The notes under the pieces: model-generated
What the model saw: the letters and a program-made list of their open reading frames with translations, nothing else
What the model was told of the DNA's origin: nothing
The model's database searches: none
Position numbers and translations under genes: made by a program
Part shown: piece after piece, positions 56,010-64,000 of the stretch
Layout of the letters: each line of letters starts with the position of its first letter
Position numbering within the stretch: position 1 is the first letter of the stretch
Assembly (NCBI GenBank): GCA_013265495.1
Contig: MU058221.1
Coordinates: 4,032,001-4,096,000 of the forward strand
Length of the DNA stretch: 64,000 nt
Direction of reading: 5' to 3'
Origin: Vicugna vicugna
Lineage: Eukaryota

Positions 56010-56410
56010 TGTTAGTTGACGTTAATAGGGGATGTTATGGGGGGAACCTCGGAAAATATTAGAAGGTAGGAGGAACATAAGACAAGGAAGGGAAGCAATC
56101 AATTAATGGTTACCTATCAAGCCAGTTACTACTGCGCAGGGAACTCTGGGAATCCCCGCAGAACACATGCTTCCGCGTTATCTCAGCGAAGGACAAGTGA
56201 GCTGGGATGTTTATGCAGCAGCACATGTCAGTCATTGGCTGATGGCTATCGCTGGGAGATAATCACTCCCTAGCCTATGTGGCCAGCTGTGCTGGTATGT
56301 AGAGAGATTTCTGGCCTCTACGGAAAGCCCTCAAGCATCTGGAAGTCAGACCCCCTGTAGGACAATGGAAAGGCCTCCAAGGTATGGGCAGGGGCATAGG
56401 CAGTTTTTAC
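56010..56410 (-). mobile_element. LTR33-like ERVL LTR
   Basis: AGACAAGGAAGGGAAG...TATCAAGCCAGTTACTACTG...GGGAACTCTGGGA...GAGCTGGGATGTTTAT...GTCAGTCATTGGCTGA. Confidence 0.6.
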
Positions 56411-56449
56411 TCTATGGCTGATGCATCCTGGCTACCAGGAGTGGTTGAA

Positions 56450-58640
56450 GGAAACAGACTCAAAAGAGAGTTCTGTGATTAGGGTAGCTACAATTCATAG
56501 CCTTGAACGCAGTGGGAAATCATGCTTTGTAATAACACGTGTCATGCAACAGTATCATGACTGATTGGAAAACCACCTGAGGCTGATTGAAATCAAGTGT
56601 CTATTAAACAGGAACTCGCTCGGCAGGCCAAGTGGCTTGTGTGGATTAATCTATGGCAGTAACGAGTACGCTACGGACTGGGGAGTCGTATCATTATTTT
56701 TGAAGGCATTGGAGAGAGAAAAGAAGGAAACAAATATTAAGCTCAGAACGTTAAGCTCTGAGTTCATATGATGGTCAGAGACCTTGAACTTTTCCATGGA
56801 GTGTTCGTATCTTAGTTCTTTTAGCAGCAGGTCCAGCCGATATGAAAATCAGGTCCAAAGGTAATTTTGCTGGTTGGGAGAGTTATAATAGAGTTTGAAT
56901 TCACAACCATCCTTGCTATGCTTCTTATGTGAAAATAAGGGCATATTTTAACAATGAGTGAGACTCAGAAGCTTAGAACAGGAGCATCTGTGTGTACTGG
57001 GACAAAGTGGAAAATTCTGGATCCATAAGTCTCTCTGAGATATCATTGCCAGTATAGCAACTGGCACCTTCATATCTGAGGTCATCTCAAATTGCCAGCC
57101 ATGTAATGATATCATTTAAGTTAGTTTACAAAGGGATGTGTATTTTTTCTAAGGGCACATTCCAACAGATCTATTGCATCTAGCCTTGTAACTGCAATGA
57201 GATCTTAGCTTGCTCCACAGGGACAGGTGCCAAGCCTGACCTAGCATGACATAGCTTCTACTCCAAAAAGTTGCAGGATGTTCCTAATTCATTTTGGTAA
57301 AAACCTGTGGAATATGTGTGGGGAAGAGTGACAAAGAGGATCAATCCATAGAGGATGGAGTGTATTATTAGATCTTCATGGATTTTTCAACATGGCTGTG
57401 TTTACCAGAGATTCCAGAATGATTATGTTATCTTACACAACAGGAAAAACCTCAAACAGTTGCTTGGGTTGATTGAAAATTAGGCTCAATAATAGCCAAC
57501 TTCCAATAAGGTTGAGATGCCAGAAGTTCCCTGTTCTGATATGAAGGGTGAAGTCCAAAAACTTAGGGAACCAGAAATAGTGGAGCAGAGACTTCACGTG
57601 TGAACTGCAAACAGCCTCCCCCAAAGACACACACAAACACATACTATGCCCACCAGAGAAAGCTCAAGGGACACTCTTTTTATTAAGATGTTGAGAAAAA
57701 AACGTTAATAATGGGAGCATCACATCCTCAAAAACATCTCTGGCTGCCATTTTTTGTAGGTTGAGAATAATGGTGGAAGCGCCATCATTGAGATTAGCTC
57801 TCTGATTTTTGATGTGATAAATGCTGACTATGAAACTCCAGAGACAAAATGGGTTTGATCATTGCAATGGGCAGCAAGAGTGGGGATATTCTGACCTACA
57901 GGACTCCGTACAATGCCTCATTGATCATGGTGTCCCTAAAAATAAAACAGATGAGTGATCTACTGGGCAAAAAAGGCCTAATTCAGCCGGACCTTGTGGC
58001 CTAAATTCTGCACATTCCAGAGAAAGTTTATGTTCAGGACCTTCACTGGGAAATAACTTCTGAGCCCTGAGAATATTCTGCCTGATGAGAATGTTTTTGT
58101 ATGCCTGAGGTCCTGTACCAGTTTGAACACATGAGTGAGTCCTAACAGTATAACATAGAGTGAATGCTTATTTTTGTTCTAAGAGTAAGGTTGGAGTCTA
58201 GGCACTGAGGTCAGTCGAGTGGGTGCTGCATGCCCATGGGGCTGACCCCCAGGAAAAAGCCCAGACACCAGGGCTCAGGTAAGCTCCCCTGTCTGCAGCA
58301 CCTTATACCTGTTGTCACACCTTGTTGATGGGAGAATGAAGTACATCTCATGTGACTTGACTCCTGCATCTTTCCCCTTTGCTGATTAGAACTCTATGGA
58401 TTTAACTGCCTTTTTGAGTCCTGTTGAGTCCTTCCAGCAAATCATCTTTCGAGTCTGAGGGTAGTCTTCAGGGCTGCTGACCCACCTACTGAAACGTTAC
58501 TTAATCTATACAACAGGGAAGAATCTAGATCTGGTCTCTAGAAGCCTGACTTGAATCACCATAAAGAATCATGACTTCTCTCCTAGGTTTCCAACTTAAG
58601 CCAGTTTATTGACTGGAGCACTTTGATTAAAATGAAGTCC
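56450..58640 (+). mobile_element. ERVL internal region (degenerate gag), split by an LTR insertion
   Basis: Fragments translate to ERVL Gag-like motifs: YVKIRA..NE*DSEA*N (cf. VKVRALIGKEWDPxTWNG), VEMPEVPCSDMKGEVQKLREPEIVE (cf. LEMPDLPWFNVEEGIQRLREIGMLE) and FPT*ASLL near PDLSQFTD. Many stops and frameshifts. Confidence 0.7.
57964..58484 (+). mobile_element. MER21/MER77-group LTR nested in ERVL gag
   Basis: TG...CA termini with a 5-bp TSD-like TCTAC/CCTAC. Shares CCAGACACCAGGGCTCAGGTAAGCTCCCCTG-type blocks with 54617-55225. Confidence 0.7.
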
Positions 58641-59028
58641 CAACCTCAGGCTTAGGATGCACCGTGGAATGTAAATGTATTTGGAGAGATCTTTAAAGAC
58701 GTGATTACATAAAGATAAGACAGATCTGAGACATGCCGCACAGTCTGGATGGATCTGATTGGACTAGGGTGGGGCCATAATCCAATCTGACTGGTGTCCT
58801 TATAAGAGGAGGAAGAGACACGGGGGGGTTGCACACAGAAGAGGACCCTGTAAAGAGGCAGCAAGAGGGTGGCCATGTGCAAGCCAAGGAGAACGCCTCA
58901 GCAGAAACCAATCCTGCTGGTACTTCAACCTTAGACTTCCAGATTCCAGAACTGTGAGCAAATGCATTTGCTTGTTCCAGCCACCCCGTCTGTGTATATT
59001 GTTATGGCGGCGGTGGCGAACTAACACA
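58640..59028 (+). mobile_element. MLT1A-like MaLR LTR
   Basis: TAATCCAATCTGACTGGTGTCCTTATAAGAGGAGGAAGAGACAC...GCAAGCCAAGGAGA...GACTTCCAGATTCCAGAACTGTGAG...CTAACACA. Confidence 0.88.
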
Positions 59029-60060
59029 TCCGGGTTCTTGTTGTTAAGGAGTGAGGTCACTCACAATACAGGTCTGAGAACAAGGGCTTTTCTTGGAGAA
59101 ACGTGGATCAGGCCCCTCATTTTTGCATCTGGTTCCATCACTTACTAATCAGCTTCTGGCTAAGTTTCTAAGCTGTTCTGGTTTAGAACTGGACGTTCTT
59201 GTGAAGAATACTCATCTGTGTGGAGATATTAACAGTACTTACCTTATTGGACAGGTAGCATGATGAAAATAAGGTGTGTAAATTAAACTTGGCAGAGTGT
59301 CGTCTGCTTTAGTAAGTTTTCCATCAAAGTTACATACTTAATTTTTCGTATTTTCAACATAGCAGTCAATTCTAAATAAAAGTTTTCCTTGAACGTAGTG
59401 ATCAAACGTTCTGAAATCTCATCTTTAAAGACACGCATACCGTCTTTCTCTCTTAGAACTCTTTAAAATCTGCCTTTCATGTTATTTCTTGGCATCAAAG
59501 AGTTGATGGGAGTTTTTCTTTTATTTTGAAATAAATATTCACTTAATTAAGGACATTTTACAGACACTTCAATAAGGTAAATGCCCTTCGTGTTGGCTTA
59601 AATTAGTTATTTCTTTATTTTCTCACAGCAAAACAAGTTTTCAAAAATTTGAAAGGCAGCCGACGGAGTTACATACCATTTTTCAGAAAAATGCAACCCG
59701 TGACAGATCTGCAGTCTGAAGCTAAGGTTAGTGCTTAACAGCGGTCCTTGGAATTGAAAACACCAGCTGTTTCCTTTTCTGCAGTCACTTGAGAGAGCAA
59801 ATACAAAGGACAGTACCAAATAGAGTTAGGGGCATCAAAGTGGCAAGCAAATACTGCAGAAACAAATGGAAGAAAGTGAGACTGTGAACTCGAGGGGGAT
59901 ACAGTTTATCCATCACATCATCAGCCCGGATTGCTATCTGTTCTTTTCCAACTTGGAAAAAGATGAATATGACTTTTCCATCATCACATGGGGAAGCAAC
60001 TCAAGAAATGTACTTCCCTCCCAAAGTACCCGACATGGCTCAGTATAACCTTGTAGCAAA

Positions 60061-60577
60061 CATAACAGAGAACAAATCTGACTCTGTATTGGATCTGTTC
60101 CTTTAGCTCTAACCCTGTGCTCTGTCTCCTGTGCTGAGTCACGCTGCTTCTGCACCTTTTGTAAAAGAATGTTGCCTATAACCTGAAATAGACAGGAGAG
60201 CCCACTCTCAAGGCTCTGACCTTTCAGGGTATAACACTTTTCCATTCATATAAAGATAAAAAGTTGCTGAACAGAGAATAGTATCTGTCTTGTCAGAGGA
60301 TTACAGGAACGTCATGACCTGACCTACGTGCACAGCTGCAAGAACGAAGGATTCTGACATCAAGAAGTTTGCAACAACCAATCACATCCCCTCCCTTTTT
60401 TAGTATAAAAGGAGCCTGAATTCTGCGTTGGGGAAGATGGTTCTCCAGGACATGAGTCTGCCATCTTATCCGACTGCTGGCTTTCCAAATAAAATTGTTA
60501 TTTCTTTCCCCACGACTTCGTCTCCTGATTTATTGGTCTGTTGTGTGGTGAGTGGAATGAGTTTGGACTCGGTAACA
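60061..60577 (+). mobile_element. ERV1 solo LTR, family A
   Basis: Ends GGACTCGGTAACA with a perfect TSD CAAA (60057-60060 and 60578-60581). TATAAAA at about 60404 and AATAAA at about 60488. Confidence 0.9.
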
Positions 60578-61399
60578 CAAACACTTTAAAAATATGAAGA
60601 AAGTGATTAGAACTAGAAATTGGGTTAAAATAACAACCTAGTTAATCAATTCAATAGTTTTTGAAATTTTCCTTTTTTTTTTTTTTGCATAGAAGGTACT
60701 TACTAATTTTCCAACCCATTAGTTTAGATATCTTAGGATTTTCTTAGTACTTTTTTTCTGAAAATATGAGTGTTTGAAAATAATTCTAATTATCCAAGTA
60801 GTTATTTCTTTAATTTGTTGTATGAGTCACTTCTCAAGTGTTGGCTTGAATCTTCTCATCCCCTCCTGTCTCATGTGTCATCTGTCACTGCTGTAATTGT
60901 CAGGAATTGTGCCACTTGTCCCAGGAAACCAAGTGGACAGAGTGTCTCCTGATGCCCCTGCCTTCTGCCCTACACCTCACACATCCTGACTCCCATGGCA
61001 GGGCTGCTCTGTTGGCCCAGAAGCAGGGTCTAGAGTAGAACTCAGAAAGATTGCTACTTCTCTACGGAACTCGTGGACCGTATACCAGGCTAACTGGAGG
61101 TGGGCGTGGCTTAGCTTTAGAGTTGATAAATCTCTGCTCTAAACCCATGAAAAGTGATTCTTTTCCTGTGTTATATACTTCAGTACAAAGCTTTAAAAAA
61201 TGCAGCCACTCTGAAAGAACAGCAGGATAAGATTTAATGAATATACTTCAGATTATATTCCTGCAGAAGACTAGAACTGCGCACCCAGGCTGATATTCAG
61301 CTGGCCAGTCAGGACAGCGAAATGGCCAGCATTCATTCTGATTGGTTGACTCTTCTGGGTTACTATTGTTAAATAGTTTGAATATCATTCCTGATATAT

Positions 61400-61990
61400 A
61401 TTTTAAATAGCTTTATTGAGTTACAATTCACACACCACACATTTCATCAATTTAACATGTAGTATTTAATGATTTTTGATAAACTGCATTGATTTTTGTA
61501 ATTTATGATAAATTATACATAGCAAAATTTGCCACTTTAACCCTTTTTATGTGCACAGTTCAGTGGCATTAACTACCTTCACAATGTTGTACAATCATCA
61601 TCTCTATTTCTGAAATTTTTTCATCAATTCAAACATAAATGTTTACTGTAAACATTAAGCAGTAACTCCCTGCCCCCGGTAACTTCCAATCTCCTTTCTG
61701 TCTCTGAACCTGCCTATTCTACATATTTCATATAAGTAAAATCATACAATAGTCCTCCTTTCATTGCAGGCTAATTTTGCTTAGCATAATGTTTTCAAGG
61801 TTCATCCACATTGTAGCATGCATCAGAACTTCATTTTTTATGAGTGAATAATATTCCTTTCCATGGATATACATCATTTTGTCTCTCCATTTACCTCTTG
61901 ATGGACATCTGGGTTGTTTTCACCTTTTGCCTACTTTGAATAATGCTTCAATGAACACTGACATACAAGTATCTGTTCAAAACTTCTGCT
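61400..61990 (-). mobile_element. L1MB-like 3' end
   Basis: CAGTTCAGTGGCATTAACTACCTTCACAATGTTGTACAA...GCTTAGCATAATGTTTTCAAGGTTCATCC...GATGGACATCTGGGTTGTTT. Confidence 0.85.
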
Positions 61991-62585
61991 CTGCAAAAAT
62001 AAAAAGAACTTAGTAGAATGAAAACACAAGCCACTGACTGAGAGAGAATATTTACAAAACATAGATAAATCAAAGTTTCTGTTAAAGAACTGGTATCCAA
62101 AATGTACAAAGAACACTAAAAAATCAACAATAAGAAAAACCCAGTTAAAATATGGGCAAAAGAACTGAACAGACACCTGTCAATGAAGATATGCAGGGAC
62201 AAATAAGCATATAAAAAGGTGATGAATATAATTGGTTCTTAAAGAACTGCAGATTGAAACAGCAATGAGAGATCACCACTACCCATCTTATAGAATGGCT
62301 AAAATCCAAAAAAATGGACAATACTAAATACTGACAAAGATGAACAGCGACAGTAACTCTCTTTTATTGCTGGTCAGAATGCAAAATACTGCAGCCAATT
62401 TGGAAAACACTGTAGCAGCTTCTTACAAAGCAGTATTTAATATTCCTCTACGATGCAGTAAACGTGTTTCTAGGGATTTAGTCCATGTATTTGAAATTTT
62501 ATGTCCACACAAATTTGTGCATTCTAATTTTTAATATCAGCTTTGTTTATAATTATTAAAATCTAGATGCAGCCAAGTAGTCTCT
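61975..62585 (+). mobile_element. L1M ORF2 C-terminal relic
   Basis: AAAACTTCTGCTCTGCAAAA...GGTATCCAAAATGTACAAAGAAC...ATGGGCAAAAGAACTGAACAGACAC...TAGAATGGCTAAAATCCAAAA. Confidence 0.8.
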
Positions 62586-63029
62586 TGATCCTTTTTCTCG
62601 ATTAAAGGAAAGCTCGTCTCTGGTCAACAGCAGTCGATTTAGCAAAGGTTTATTTATCCACTTGAACTATCCACAGCAAAGTTTCAATTACTTCATGCCA
62701 ATTAATTACCTATTCTCCTCAAAATAAAATTTTAACAAAAATCAACACCTGGCTTTAATGGCTATTTATTCTGTTGGGAGAATAAAGCAAATAGAGCTTA
62801 CCTGTTTTGAGAATTACCCAGAAGCAGGAAAGGATCTTCCTACTATTCCCATTCAAGTGCTATTAGGAGAACCATAAAAATGTGTTTATTATTAAGTGGA
62901 AACAGAACAAGAGATTTCTTGAGTTGTCTTGTTTTGCACAATAGAAAGCTTCCTTTGAATTTACGCAGCTCTTGCATCAGGGTGAGTTTGCTGAGTTGAA
63001 GCGCCATTGTGCATGAGCCCCAGAGCAGA

Positions 63030-63135
63030 AAAAGAAGCACTTCCCAAGCCCCACTTCCTCCCCCTGTTCTCCGGAGGGTGCGCTGTAAATTACAGCGCCT
63101 GCGCACTACAGACTTCCCGTGTGGCCTGCGACAGC
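63030..63135. promoter_or_regulatory. Candidate promoter/enhancer module (ETS, NRF1 and ZNF143-like motifs)
   Basis: Locally CpG-enriched. Two CACTTCC motifs, GCGCCTGCGCA (63095-63105) and ACTACAgacTTCCC (63105-63118). Confidence 0.45.
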
Positions 63136-63677
63136 CAGTATAGCTGCCCCGAAGTGCATAGTGATCCCCAGGTTGCAGCTTAAATAGTGAGGAATTATAA
63201 TGGATGATGGAGAGTGAAGATACCCACTGTGTTCCCCTGGGAGAGGAGGGTGGCCTGCTAATGGTTGCAGACGAGATGCAAAATTTCAGGCCCGCTCCCC
63301 ACAGCTGCCCAGCACGGACACAGATCCTGGAGACGGACGCTGAATAAACCAAAGGGATTTTTCCGTTCATATTCTTTATACCTGATTTGCAAATATCATT
63401 GTTCTGGCAATGCATTCGCCATACACTGAAGTCACAGAGGCGCTTCTTAAAATGCAGTGCACTTTTGAGATACCTCTGTGGTCTCATCGCTTAATCTTCT
63501 CACTAAACTAACAAAAAAATAATGCATATATTATATTGGCCTGCATTTGTTTCTAAAAGTCCTGTCAGCATCATTCTGGCAATGAAAGATGAGTCATGTC
63601 AGGAAACCAGGGGTTAGGGATCCTGAATAGACAGGCAACTGTGAGACCCCTCAAATGCAGACACAGAGAATTCACTG

Positions 63678-64000
63678 TGAGATAAGGAAGAACAAATCTG
63701 ACTATGTATTAAATCTATTCCTTTAGCTCTAACCCTGTGCTCCGTTTCCGGCGCTGAGTCATGCTGGTTCTGCACCTTTTGTAAAAGAACATTGCCTATT
63801 GCCTGAACTATACAGGATAGCCCACTGTCAAGGATCTGACTTTTCAGGGTGTAACAATTTTCCATCCATATAGAGATAAAAAGTTGCAGAGCAGAGAATA
63901 GTATTTATCTTGTTAGAGGTCTACAGGGACATCATGACCTGGCCCACGTGCACAGCTGCAAGAACAAAGGATTCTGACACCAAGATGTTTGCAACAACCA
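63678..64000 (+). mobile_element. ERV1 LTR, family A (runs off the window end)
   Basis: TGAGATAAGGAAGAACAAATCTGAC...CCTTTAGCTCTAACCCTGTG, homologous to 60061-60577. Confidence 0.9.

Noticed and set aside
60061..64000. Same-orientation LTRs at 60061 and 63678 as the two ends of one provirus
   Set aside because: The first has its own TSD (CAAA), and the interval holds old L1 relics rather than a PBS or gag/pol.

Overview
Mammalian, AT-rich, repeat-dense genomic DNA, either intergenic or deep intronic, with one 124-N assembly gap. The short L1 3' ends (...CCAGAAACTGACACAACANTGTAAACTGAC...polyA) look cetartiodactyl. I saw no Alu, B1, CAN, PRE-1 or Bov SINEs, so a camelid is my inference. No intact protein-coding gene can be supported. 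The only recognisable gene-derived sequence is an intronless, doubly truncated RPL10 retrocopy (51432-51836, minus strand). The rest is L1, L2, MIR, MaLR (MLT1), ERVL and DNA-transposon relics plus about nine ERV1-type solo LTRs, five of them from one family. The most notable unexplained features are: the poly(A)-less RPL10 fragment between AT palindromes/microsatellites; a near-perfect 35-bp-stem hairpin (40504-40600); an orphan ETS/NRF1/ZNF143-like promoter module (about 63030-63130); apparent sequence exchange between two inverted solo LTRs; and an old ~610-bp-period duplication (17640-18450). I found no convincing novel multi-gene system. Repeat family names come from recalled consensus sequences and need RepeatMasker/Dfam confirmation.
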